Positions 12,340 to 24,646 of a stretch of 64,000 nucleotides of DNA are shown piece by piece; position 1 is the stretch's first letter, and every line of letters starts with the position of its first letter. The stretch is from NCBI GenBank assembly GCA_047967505.1, contig CM106538.1; one strand, 5' to 3'. The position numbers were made by a program, and so were the translations under genes. The stretch is from Dipteris shenzhenensis. Its lineage: Eukaryota. Below the pieces are notes generated by a model. It searched no databases, was not told the origin of the DNA, and worked only from the letters and a program-made list of their open reading frames with translations.

Positions 12340-14620
12340 TTCATGCTTTGGGAATAGCCTAAAAGGCTTTACAAGGCTTAGAGCATAAATGCTTTGGGAA
12401 TAGCCTAAAAGGCTTTACAAGGCTTAGAGCATAAATGTGAAAAAAAATAAGGATTTACAATGATCTCTGAATACAAATTTGAAGTTTGTCATATATAAGT
12501 ACAAAATGCTCTGTCAACTCCCGCAACTGATATAAGTGTAAAATGCTCTGTCAACTTCCACAACTGTAATCTGTCATGTCCACTGATACAACTTTCAATC
12601 ATCTTGAAAGTTTAAAAACCTTAATCGTTGCTTAAATGGTAGGGTTGTTGTGACTGTGAAACCGAATGTGAATGTGAACGAATGGACTGACTCCGATTAG
12701 GAACTAGTCGGGAAATTTTGAGCATGGCTTTGATTGGTTTTTTTGGAGTTCTCTCCTCTAAGGACAAACTAATCTATGCTAATCTAGACTACACCAACCG
12801 TCGAAGCGAAGAAAAGCAAGAAATAATTTCTTTTCCATTGTTCTTTTTAATATCCTTAGGTTGCGAATTAAAAGCAAAAAATAATCTTTCCATTATTCTT
12901 TTTAATACACTAAGGTTGTGAGTTTAAAAAAGATAAAATTTATATTTTATCTTTTTTAAACTCACACCCCTTTCTCTCTCTCTCTCCCCCCCTTCTCTCC
13001 CCCCCTTCTCTCTCGCTGCCGCCCTCATCCTCCCACCCCACCTTCCCCATTCTCACTCCCACGCCCACGTCCATTCTTTCACCTTCCCCATTTCCACTCC
13101 CTCTCCCACTCCCATCCTCCCACCACTTTCTCTCTCTCTCCCCCCCCATTCTCTCTCGCTGCCGCGGCAGCGACCCCCCCTTCTCTCTCTCTCTCTTCTC
13201 CTTCTCATTTTAAAAAAGATAAAATTTATATTTTCAAAAACTAATTTACTTACAACTCATAAGAATTGAACATTCACATTATCCTCCCACCCCTTTCTCT
13301 CTCTCTCCCCCCCCATTCTCTCTCGCTGCCGCGGCAGCGACCCCCCCTTCTCTCTCTCTCTCTTCTCCTTCTCATTTTAAAAAAGATAAAATTTATATTT
13401 TCAAAAACTAATTTACTTACAACTCATAAGAATTGAACATTCACATTAATAAGAAGTTAAAATCTTAATAAATTTGAATTTATATAATAAAAACTATAAA
13501 GTAGTTTAACTTAAAGTTTATGAAAAAATAATGTAAAATAAAGAAAACAAGACTTAAAATTAAAATTTTAATATTTACCTAGAAGAATATATTAATTCTC
13601 CCTAAAAAGAAATAAATTAAAGTAATAATAACGAATATTCTCCCTAAAAAGAAATAAATTAAAGTAATAATAACGAATGTAAGTTAAACTACTTTTAAAA
13701 TTTTAATTTAAAATGTAATAAAATTAAAATTATACTCTTTATATTCCAAAACAAAATGCATTATAGTCTAAATTAAACTAGTAAATTAAAAATGAAAGTG
13801 AAACTCATTTTAAATTCAAAAACAAAGAAAAATTTAAAATTGAAGTTTCTACAAGTTTTGCTTTTAGCATACATTTGTCTTTTCACATCCAGGGGTTTGT
13901 CTTTTGAAACACAAGGTTGTCTTTTATCACAATTTTCACATCCACGCGTTTGTCTTTTGAAACACAAGGTTGTCTTTTATCACAATTTTCACATCCACGC
14001 GTTTGTCTTTTGAAACACAAGGTTGTCTTTTATCACAATTTTCAAGTTTTCACACGTTTGTCTTTTCAAACACAAGGATTCAAGTGAGAAATTTTGAAAT
14101 TCTAGTTTCCACACGTTTCTCTTTTCAAACACCAAGGTTTGTCTTTTCAAACACAAGGATTCATAGTTTAAAAAAAGGCGGGAAATTTTGAAATTCTAGT
14201 TTCCACACGTTTCTTTTTCAAACACCAAGGTTTGTTTGTTTAAGTTTCGACTAAATCACACACCAATCTTCTCTAATATGCCTCATTGATCGTAGCTCCC
14301 AAATTCTTCCATCAAAACATCTCTCCTTTATCTCTTCTTGATCGTCGCCCACTCATTTTTTCTCCTCATTGGTAAGATTTTTTATCTCGATCGTACTTTC
14401 TCTTGTGCCCTTCCTCTCTAAATTTTCATCAAACACCAAGGTTTATAGTTTTGTTTGTTTAAGTTTAGACTAAATCACATACCAATCTCCTCTCATATGC
14501 CTCATTGATCGTAGCTTCTTCATCTTGTCTCGATCGTCGCCCACTCATTTCTCCTCTTCATTGGTAAGATTTTCTATCTCGATCGTACTTTCTCGTGTCC
14601 TCCCTCTCTAAATTTTCATC
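12340..14620. repeat. AT-rich region with several short tandem duplications (probably intronic)
   Basis: Duplications include a ~45-bp unit twice at ~12344-12435, ~13125-13280 repeated at ~13293-13447, and a 42-bp unit twice at ~13596-13678. GTTTGTCTTTTGAAACACAAGGTTGTC occurs three times at ~13895-14040, and a ~200-bp unit twice at ~14230-14620. Confidence 0.8.
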
Positions 14621-14699
14621 TCTCTCACTCTTCTCTCTCTCTCTTTCCTCTCCGCTCTAGTCTACGTTTCCTCTCATCTTAGTCTACTCTCTCCCCTCC

Positions 14700-16905
14700 T
14701 CTTCATTTCCCCTCTCTCTCTCTCTCTCTCTCTTCCTTTCTCCTCACCTTTTTCCTCTCTCACTTGCGCTCCCCACTCTCCTCTCCACTCTCTCTCTCAC
14801 TTGCCGCGATCTCCCCCCCCATCCCCTCTCTCTCTCTCCTCCCCCTCTCTCTCTCTCTCTCCACCCCTCCCTCTCTTTCGCTGCCGCGGCAGCGGCCCCT
14901 CCCTCCTCTCTCTCTCTCCCTCCCCCTCTCTCTCGCATCTCCCCCCTACTCTCTCTCCCCGCCCCCTCCTCTCTCGCTGCCGCGGCAGCGGCTCCCCCTC
15001 TCTCTTCCCTCTCCCCACCCCTTCCCTCTCCCCCTCTCCCCCTCTCTCTCTCCCTCCCCTCTCTCTCGCTACCCCCCCTTCTCTCTCTCCCCCCCTCCCT
15101 CTCTCGCTGCCGCGGCAGCGGCCGCGGCCCCCCCCCTTCTCTCTCTCTCCCCCTCCCCTCTCTCGCTCCCTCCGCCCCCTCCCTCCTTCCCTCTCCCCCC
15201 CCTCCCCCTATCTTGCTGCCGCGGCAGCGGCCGCGGCCCCCCCCCTTCTCTCTCTCTCCCCCTTCCCTCTCTCTCGCTGTCCCCGGCCGCTCCCCCCTTC
15301 CTCTCCCCCCCCTCCCCCTCTCTCGCTGCCGCGGCAGCGGCCGCGGCCCCCCCTTTCCCTCTCCCCCCTCTCTCGCTCCCCGGCCCCCCCCCCCTTCTCT
15401 CTCTCTCCCCCTTCCCTCTCTCTCGCTGCCCCCGGCCCCTCCCCCTTCCCTCACCCCCCTCTCTCGCTCCCCCCTTCCCTCTCCCCCCCCCCCCCTCTCT
15501 CGCTGCCGCGGCCCCCCCCCTTTCTCTCTCTCCTCGCCTCCCTTTTCCCCCCCCCCTTCTCTCTCCCCTCCCCTCCCTCTCTCGCTGCCGCTGTCGCGGC
15601 AGCGGCCCCCCCCCCTCTCTCTCTCTTCCCCCCCCTTCCCTCTCTCCTCCCCTCCCTTTCCCCCCCCCCTTCTCTCTCCCTCCCTCCCTCTCTCGCTGCC
15701 GCTGCCGCGGCAGCGGCCCCCCCCTCTCTCTCTCTTCCCCCCCTTCCCTCTCGCTGCTCCCTCTCCCCCCCCTCCCCCTCTCTCGCTGCCGCGGCAGCGG
15801 CCGCGGCCCCCCCCTTTCTCTCTCTCCTCGCCTCCCTTTCCCCCCCCCTTCTCTCTCCCCTCCCCTCCCTCTCTCGCTGCCGCTGCCGCGGCAGCGGCCC
15901 CCCTCTCTCTCTCTTCCCCCCCCTTCCCTCTCTCCTCCCTCCCTTTCCCCCCCCCCTTCTCTCTCCCCTCCCCTCCCTCTCTCGCTGCCGCTGCCGCGGC
16001 AGCGGCCCCCCCTCTCTCTCTCTTCCCCCCCTTCCCTCTCGCTGCTCCCTCTCCCCCCCCTCCCCCTCTCTCGCTGCCGCGGCAGCGGCCGCGCCCCCCC
16101 CCCCTTTCTCTCTCTCCTCGCCTCCCTTTCCCCCCCCCCCTTCTCTCTCCCATCCCCTCCCTCTCTCGCTGCCGCTGCCGCGGCAGCGGCCCCCCCTCTC
16201 TCTCTCTTCCCCCCCCTTCCCTCTCTCCTCCCCTCCCTTTCCCCCCCCCTTCTCTCTCCCCTCCCCTCCCTCTCTCGCTGCCGCTGCCGCGGCAGCGGCC
16301 CCCCCCCTCTCTCTCTCTTCCCCCCCCTTCCCTCTCGCTGCCCCCTCTCTCCCCCTTTCCCTCTCCCCCCCTCCCCCTCTCTCGCTGCCGCTGCCGCGGC
16401 AGCGGCCCCCTCCCTCCCCTCTCCCCCTCCCCCTCTCTCGCTGCCGCGGCAGCGGCAGCGGCCCGCTCCCCTCCCTCTCCCTCCTCCCTCTCACCGCCCC
16501 CCTTCTCTCTCCCCCCCCTTGCCCCCCCCCCCCCCCCTTCCTCTCCCTCTCCCCCCTCCCCCTCTCTCGCTGCCACTGCCGCGGCAGCGGCCCCTCCCCT
16601 CCCTCTCCACCCTCGCCTCCCCTCCCTCTTCCCCCTCTCTATCCCCGCCCCCCCCTCCCTCTCTCGCCGCCCCCCCTCCCTCCCCCCCTCTGCGTTGCCG
16701 CGGCAGCGGCCTCCCCCTCCCCTCTCTCTCTCCCCCCCCTCGCTGCTTCTCCCCTCTCTCCCCTCTCTTTCCCCCTTCCCCTTCTCTCCCCCCTCCCTTT
16801 CTCTCCCCTCTCTTTCCCCCCCCTTCTCTCGTCTCTCTCCCTCTCTCTTTCTTTCTCTCTTTTGCTGCCGAGGCAGCAAGACTCTCTCTCTTCTTTTCTC
16901 TCTCT
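14700..16905. repeat. Polypyrimidine (CT-rich) minisatellite punctuated by the palindrome CGCTGCCGCGGCAGCG
   Basis: About 18 exact or variant palindrome copies are spaced ~50-130 bp apart in C/T-only spacers. Two more copies lie at ~13156 and ~13323. Confidence 0.9.
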
Positions 16906-16969
16906 AAAAATCTATCCTTCACTTTTCTCTCTTTATAATAAAATTTCAAAGAATACAAATTTTAAAAAC

Positions 16970-17110
16970 AGTACCTGGAAAAAGTTGAAATCGATGCTTG
17001 TGCTTGCTTTTGCTCTTCCTCCTCTTTTTGCTTCTCCTCTTGCTCTTCCTTGTTGAAATGAGAGAAACAATGAGAGAAGGAGAGTATATATAAGAAAAAC
17101 TAGGGTTTTG
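16970..17110 (-). promoter_or_regulatory. Candidate promoter and first non-coding exon of the minus-strand fusion gene
   Basis: On the minus strand there is a telo-box AAACCCTA (~17101-17108), a TATATA (~17085-17092) and a donor-like CAG|GTAC at ~16975. The link to the gene is inferred only. Confidence 0.35.
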
Positions 17111-17189
17111 AGTGCTTCTCTCTCATTGGTCCTTCTATAACATTATCTCCTCTCCCATTGGCCTCTCTATTAGATTATCTTCTCTCTCT

Positions 17190-18070
17190 CTCCCACCCAC
17201 TCCCATCCTCCCACCCCACTCTCACTCCCATCCTCCCACCCCACCTCCCCCATTCTCACTCCCACGCCCACGCCCATTCTTTCACCTTCCCCATTTCCAC
17301 TCCCTCTCCCACTCCCATCCTCCCACCCCACCCCTCCCACTCCCACCCTCACTCCACCCCCACCTCCCCCATTCCCACTCCCACTCCCACTCCCATTCTC
17401 CCACCCACTCACATCCTCCCACCTACACGTCTAATTCCCCTCCCCATCCTCCCACCCCACCCCTCCCCCCCCCATTCCCACTCCCACTCCCATTCTCCCA
17501 CCCTTATCCTCCCACCTCACCCCTCCCACTCCCTCCTCCCACTCCCTTTTTCCCACCCCCCCACCTCCCCCATTCCACTCCCACTCCCATTTTCCCACCC
17601 CCCCCACCTCCCCCACTCCCACTCCCTCCCCCATCCTCCCACCCCACCCCTCCCACTTCCACCCCCACCTCCCCCATTCCCACTCCCATCCTCCCACCTC
17701 ACCCCTCCCACTTCCACCCCACCTCCCCCATTCCCACTCCCTCTCCCACTCCCATCCTCCCACTCCCACTCCCCACCCCACCCCTTCCACTCCCACTCCC
17801 ATCCTCCCATCCTCCCACCCTCACCCCACCCCCACCTCCCCCATTCCCACTCCCACTCCCACTCCCACTCCCACTCCCACTCCCATTCTCCCACCCCCAC
17901 CTCCCCCATTCCCACTCCCTCTCCCACTCCCACTCCCACTCCCATTCTCCCACCCCCACCCCCACCGCCCCCATTCCCACTCCCTCTCCCACTCTCCCTT
18001 TCTCCCACTACCACCCTCCCACACTCCTTTCTCCACTTTCCCACTCTCCCTTTCTCCCACTACCACCCTC
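17190..18070. repeat. (CCCACT)n-like C-rich low-complexity tract (G-rich minus strand)
   Basis: Tandem CCCACT/CCCATT/CCCACC units; perfect CCCACT run at ~17847-17885. Confidence 0.9.
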
Positions 18071-18149
18071 CCAACTATCAATTCCACTATTACTTATAAA
18101 TTCTAATTAAAACTATTACTTAAATAAATGATATTACTTGAAAACACTC

Positions 18150-18614
18150 ATAGGATTTAAGGTTTAGGATATCGTGGTTTGGGTTTAGGATTTGGGGTTT
18201 GGTGAGTTTAGGGTTTAGGGTTTAGGGTTCAAGGTTTGAGGGTTAGGGTTTGGGGGTTAGGGTTTAGAGTTTGGTGGTTTAGGGTTTAGGGTTTAGGGGT
18301 TAGGGTTTAGGATTTAGGGTTTGGGGTTAGGGTTTAGGGTTTGGAGTTTAGGGTTTAGGGTTTGGGGTTTAGGGTTTAGGGTTTGGGGTTTAGGGTTTAG
18401 GGTTTAGGGTTTGGTTTAGGGTTTGGGTTTAGGGTTTGGGTTTTGGGAGTTAGGGTTTAGGGTTTAGGGTTTAGGGTTTGGGAGTTAGGGTTCAGGGTTT
18501 AGGGTTTAGGGTTTGGGGGTTAGGGTTTGGGGTTTGGGGTTAGGGTTAAGGGCTTAGGGTTTAGGATCTAGGGTTTAGGAGTTAGGGTTTAGAGTTTAGG
18601 GTTTGGGGGTTAGA
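18150..18614 (+). repeat. Plant telomeric repeat array (TTTAGGG with variants) ending at an assembly gap
   Basis: About 65 TTTAGGG/TTAGGG/TTTGGGG units run up to the N gap. Confidence 0.95.
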
Positions 18615-18714
18615 NNNNNNNNNNNNNNNNNNNNNNNNNNNNNNNNNNNNNNNNNNNNNNNNNNNNNNNNNNNNNNNNNNNNNNNNNNNNNNNNNNNNNN
18701 NNNNNNNNNNNNNN
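18615..18714. other. Scaffold gap (100 N)
   Basis: Run of N; adjacency across it is not supported by sequence. Confidence 0.99.
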
Positions 18715-19825
18715 TGTATTACAACATATATTGCCTACACCTATCTTATATTATGCATGCCATCAAGCTCAACAATAGAAAATAAAGTTAAAAGTAGACA
18801 CCATTTGTGTTAAACAAAAATTGTATTGATAAACAAAATTGGTTCACAAAAAAGGACATTATCATGTCTCTAGGTCTATAAAAAAAATTGGTCTCCAAAA
18901 TAGACATTGTTAGGTATATGTTATAGAAAAGCGTTTATGACTACTTTGTATTATTGTAACTTGTATCGTTGCTCTCTTCATCATGGCTAGAAGGGTCACT
19001 TGGGACCTCATATTGCACATCTTCTTATTTATATTGGTACTCTTCTTGGATGATATAATCATGGTCCAAGAAGGTCTCAAGACAATCCATTATCTCCTTC
19101 ACGGTATAGAATTTATTAATTTTAGGTTTGAACTAGTTTCTCCAAATATTTCAAAGGCTCCTCAAATTGGATATTGTAACTCACAAGAAATGCTCCTCTG
19201 ATGAAGCTCTGTCTCAACATGTGCTTTGTTGGTACATCTGTTCCAAAGACCATGCATACATGCATCACAAAATCATGACAATGGTTTGGTAGCAAGGCCT
19301 GGTGTATCTTGTAGGTTGGGACCACAAAAAACATGAATTAGGAACAACTTCACAGTTCCACTTACTTTCCCTATTCACATCTCCTACCTTTATCTCCTAA
19401 CATACACGAGCACACTCCCTTTGTTTGGATGTGTAAGAGGCTAGAACTCCTTGAGATAAGTTGTCTTACAGGAAAGCAACAACATTGCTTGCACACTTTA
19501 AAATAGCATTATCTTTCTTTAGTTGTTCATCATGCATTAAAGCTATTTTAATAATAGACACTACTCCATCATTCTCCCCTTTTCCATGCCGGCAGAATTC
19601 CAAGTCATTTCCATGCTTGTCATTCTGCCACACCTAGCAAAAAAATAGAAGGGCCTGCAAGCCATTCAATGCAGCCCCATTAGACCAAACCCCATGCGTT
19701 TTCAATGCAACTCCTAGTTCTTTCAACCACATCTCGTGTAACATGAAACAATGTTTTACAAATAATGTGTCATGCTGCTTATCATCTGAAATGAAGAAGT
19801 GAACTGTTTTAATAAATTTTCATGC

Positions 19826-22800
19826 CTCCAAGTGACTGCAGCACTCCCAAAAGTCCACTGGTAGATCCGTCCCCTATCCAGAAATACTACCAGCCCAATC
19901 AGCATCAGTGTATCCATGCAACTGTATCTGGACCCCAGCCTCATAAAAATAGTCCAATACTTGCAATGTGGACTTCACATACCTGAGTATGCGTCTAGCC
20001 GCATCTCAAAATGCGGTTTCCTTGGAGCCTGCATAAACTGACTTACCAACCCAACAGCATAGCTCAAATTTAGCCTGGTAATAGTCATGTAAATCAAGCT
20101 TCCTACTATGCGTCTGTACATAGTAGGGTCCTCTAGAAGCTCACCTGCATCTGCGCTCAGCTTCACATTCTGCTCCAAAGGAACTGAAATATGCTTACAG
20201 CCTGTCATCCCATATTTGGATAGCATGTCCAGTCCATACTGCCTCTGCAAGTGCTGTATCCCACTTGGTGATCTAATCACCTCAATGCCCAAGAAATAAC
20301 GCAGCTCTCCCAAATCCTTCATCTCAAACTTATGCCTCAATAGCATTTTCACATGAAGGATATCTTCATCACTATCACCTGTGATGATCAAATCATCAAC
20401 ATAAATGACCAGCAGCATAATCCCTTTCTCTGTTTTTCTCACATAGAGTGAGAAATCTGCCTTGGAAATCTGAAAGCCAATAGTGACAAGATATTGTCCT
20501 ATCTTGTCAGACCATGCTCTAGGTGCTTGCTTCAAGCCATACAAGGCTTTCTTCAACCTGCAAACGAACTCGGGATGAGTAGCATGAACATAACCTGCTG
20601 GCTGCTCCATAAAGACCTCTTCTTGCAAATCACCATGCAAGAAGGCATTCTTTACATCCATCTGATGTAAAGACCATCCCTTTGATGCAGCCATAGCAAT
20701 GGCTGCTCTTACGGTTGCCATCCTTGCAACCGGGCTGAAAGTTTCTTTATAATCAATGCCATATGTCTGTGCATACCGCTTGACAACTAATCTTGCCTTG
20801 TATCTATTCACAGAACCATCTGCATTGTGCTTGATCTTATAAACCCACTTACAACCAATTGCATTCTTGCCTTTAGGCAAAGGCACCAATTCCCATGTAG
20901 CATTAGCATCCAAGGCATCCATTTCTTCATCCATGGCTTTCTCCCATTTTTCGTTTCCCATGGCTTGCTCAAAAGAAGTGGGTTCTAGTTCCTGTATCAC
21001 TTTGACCATATAGGCATAGTGAATGGCTGTAAATCCATCATATTTCAGCCTATCCACAGGATACCTAACCCTGGTAGACCTGCGCAAAATAGGCTCACTT
21101 CCAGGTGCTCTCAAAACATCCCTGGTCTTCCTTACTCCAGGTGTAACAACAGAAGGAATACCCAACTCATCATCAATGCTCTGTTCTGAGCCACTGGATT
21201 CACCATCCACACAAGAGTGACCTGCATTCACATCATACATGGGCTGATCTACCTTCTCTTTTCCTTTTCATGATACCTGCGTACCACTCTCTGCATTGCT
21301 TTGAGGGGATTCTCCTGATCTCAATCTGCCTGTCCATGGCGAAGTATGTGAACCACTGGTAGAGGACACTCCAGGTCCACTGATATTTTGTGATTGCTGC
21401 TGTGCATTCTGTGCAGCATTACCATTTTGTGCATCTACATCAATCATCACATTTACTGGTTTATACCAGCTGCTTTATACCAGCTGCTCATCTCATCAAA
21501 AACAACATCTCTGCTCACTGTGAACTTACGTGTAGAAGGGTTATAGCATCTATACCATTTCTGCTGCAGAGAATAACCAATAAAGACGCACTTCTCAGCT
21601 TTTGGATCCAACTTGGACCTCAACTCATCTGGCACATGGACATAGGCAATGCAACCAAAAATCTTCAAATGAGAAATATCTGGTTTCCTACCAGTATACA
21701 TCTCCTCTGGCGTCATGCCATGTATTGCTGCAGTGGGAGTCCTGTTCATTATATAGACTGCTGTAGCAACTGCTTCAGCCCAATAATAATCTGGTAGATC
21801 TTTTCATTTAGCATAGCCCGAGATACCTCTCCAATATGCCTGTTTTTTCTTTCTGCAATTCCATTTTGCTGTGGGGTATGGCTGCATGAATATTGCTGCT
21901 TTATACCATGCTCCTGCAAGAACCTTGCAAACTCATTTGAGAGGTACTCTCCCCCTCCATCTGACCTTAGGCATTTTATTTGCAGGCCTGTTTCTTTTTC
22001 AACCATAGCTTTGAAAGCTTTGAAGTGCCCAAACACTTCACTTTTCTTTTTCATAAAATACACCCACAGTTTTCTGCTGAAGTCATCAATAAATGTGACA
22101 AAATAGTGACAGCCTCCAATAGATGCAGCTTTTGTAGTCCACACATCAGAGTAGATTAATTCCAATGGCTTTTTACTCTCTTGAACATGCCTAGGAAAAG
22201 GTTTCCTTACCTGTTTCCCAAATTGACAAGCTTCACAAACCTTGTGCATTTCTACAACCTTGAATTTAGGCAATCCTACAACAACATTTTGGGCTTGCAT
22301 TGATTTAAGTCACTGTATATTAACATGACCAATGTGTTTGTGCTAGATATCAATATCTGCAACTACACCGGTCCCATGTGCAAACATTGCTGCACTCAAT
22401 TCAAGCATGTCCGCATCCAACGTAAATATCCTGCTCTTCTTCTTTCCTTTTGCTATCAAGCGACCGTTATTTTTCATATCCTCAACAAAGCATCCATGAG
22501 GATTAAATCTAACCTGCAAGCCCTGCTCAACCATCTGACCAATAGAAACCAGGTTCTTGGTGATGTTCGGGACATGAAATACATCAGACAAGTATTTCTT
22601 TTTCCCATCCTGCATAGACAAAGGAATTTTGCCAATCTGCATAATAGGATGTGCAGTATCATCACCAGTCTCCACAAATCCTGGCTTTTCCATCTTCCTT
22701 ACATCTTGCATCCATTCTGCATGACCTGTCATGTGGTTTGACGCACCTGAGTCAACATACCACACATAATTTTGTTCTTCTGCACTTGTCACAGAATTGA

Positions 22801-24646
22801 TCATATGCTGCACCATAAAAAGATGCTCATTTCTGTCATTACCTTGCCTGCTAGAAGATGCATAATTGCCTTGCTGCAATTTTCCATTCATAATGTCATT
22901 CTGCTTTTTGTAGCAGTCCTTAGCCATATGACCCATTTTGCCACAATAGTAGCATTCAACATTGCTGTTTGCATTTTGGCTTCTCTGCCATCCACCACGG
23001 CCTCTTTGGCTCCCCCTGCCTCTAGAGTTACCACGTCCTCTTGCATAGGACTGGTTTTCTTGCGTTTGCTGCATATTCTGATTTCTACCACGACCTGCAG
23101 ATCGGCCTCCTCTACCTCTGCCTCTACCTCTGCCAGCATTTGAGTAGAAGACAGCTTCTTTTGAAGTTCCTGCTGAAGAAGATGCACCACCATTTCTCTG
23201 CTCTTCAGAAATTAGAAGAGCAATCAGCTCCTCAAAATCAGGAAATTTTTCACGGACGGCAATGGATGTCTGGAACTGTGCATAATCCTTTCCTAGACCA
23301 TTCAAGGTCACAGAGAACAAATCGTCATCATCCACTGGCGACCCAATGGAAGCAAGTGCATCTGCAATTTTCTTCACTTTCATGTGGTAGTCATTTATGC
23401 TCAAATTTTCTCTTTGCACATTGTGCAACTCCTGTTTGAGTTGCATTTTCCTGGCTTGCGTATTTGTGCTATACATTTTTGCCAAAGTATCCCATGCCTC
23501 CTTTGCCGTATTTGCATCCTGAATATGCACAATCATGGAGTCTGAAATACTGATAGACAGCCAGTACATAACTTTCCTGGCTCTCTCATGCCATCCTTTG
23601 AATGCCTGCATTTCCTGTTGACTGGGAACATTAGGAAGAACAGGTTCTTCTTCATTTCTTATAATGAATTCCCAATAGCCTTTTCCCATTAAGAAATTCG
23701 TCATTCTAAACTTCCATGCCTGGAAGTTGTTCTTGTCAAGCTTTTCAGTGACAATCTGTGAAAGAGAATCAGATGCCATTACAGAACACTGCAAAATATT
23801 CTGTCACTGCAAAGAACACAGCTTTTGCCTCACACAGGCAGATCTGCAAAACTGATAAAAGTGGTATTTCACCACACAGTCACTTCCTAGTGACGATTTT
23901 GCATCAGAAGGCAACAGGCATGAATCTGCAACCCCCAATATCTCTGCACACAGGCATACGATGCAATTTCTGTGGCACCTTTCCACCGACTAGCCGCGCA
24001 GTGGTCGCACAACAAAAAACTGGGCCTTTTTCTGAGTGCCTGCGAAGAGCTTCCGCCTTCAAAACGGGTCCCGAAACGGCCTCAAATCAGAAAAATAAAG
24101 TCACACCGCGCTCTCGCCACACCGCGAAGGGCGTCTCAATCTGAAACAGTGCACTCCTGCACTTCTGGCTGTGCTACCTGCAGAGATTTGCTCCCAAACT
24201 CGAAATAGGAAAGCAACACTGGTCCTCTTACCAGGACACCACGAACTTGGCTTGCTTTCTTGAGCTCCTTACCATGAACAAGTCTCTGATACCATGTGAA
24301 GATTGTGGGAGAGAGGGAAGGAGTCTCACTTGCGGCTTTCTCGCATGCACAATGGGGGAATACACACAAAGGTGGAGGCTGAAAATAGTTTTCTTCTTCT
24401 TAGTTGTGAAAGCCAAAAGAACTCTAGTACAAAGAAATAGAAGAACCCTATATGTGGGTCTCAAACCAAACTCAACTAACTAAGGTGGCATACTAACTGA
24501 GCCACGAACTAGTGTAGATAAGGATAGCTGTCATCCAGCTATTATTCGTGGGCGGTGTACCAACCGCATCTCCAGCTAACAAGTCGGTGACATAAATGCA
24601 CAACAGTCACCCTGGCATATCGCGAGTGGAGCTCGATATCTCAACA
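19826..24646 (-). mobile_element. Ty1/copia element, family 1 (copy A), truncated within RNase H
   Basis: 5' LTR at 24295-24646, followed by PBS TGGTATCAGAG. Gag begins MASDSLSQ and has a CYYCGKMGH knuckle, followed by protease WYVDSGAS, integrase and RT YVDD. Homology stops at ~19826, with no PPT or 3' LTR. Confidence 0.95.

Noticed and set aside
14744-18110. Long Pro/Leu/Ser- or Gly/Arg/Glu-rich ORFs of 300-750 aa
   Set aside because: They are open in several frames on both strands because low-complexity C/T sequence lacks stop codons.
18715-19825. Short ORFs after the gap
   Set aside because: No recognisable motif, and they are interrupted by stops.
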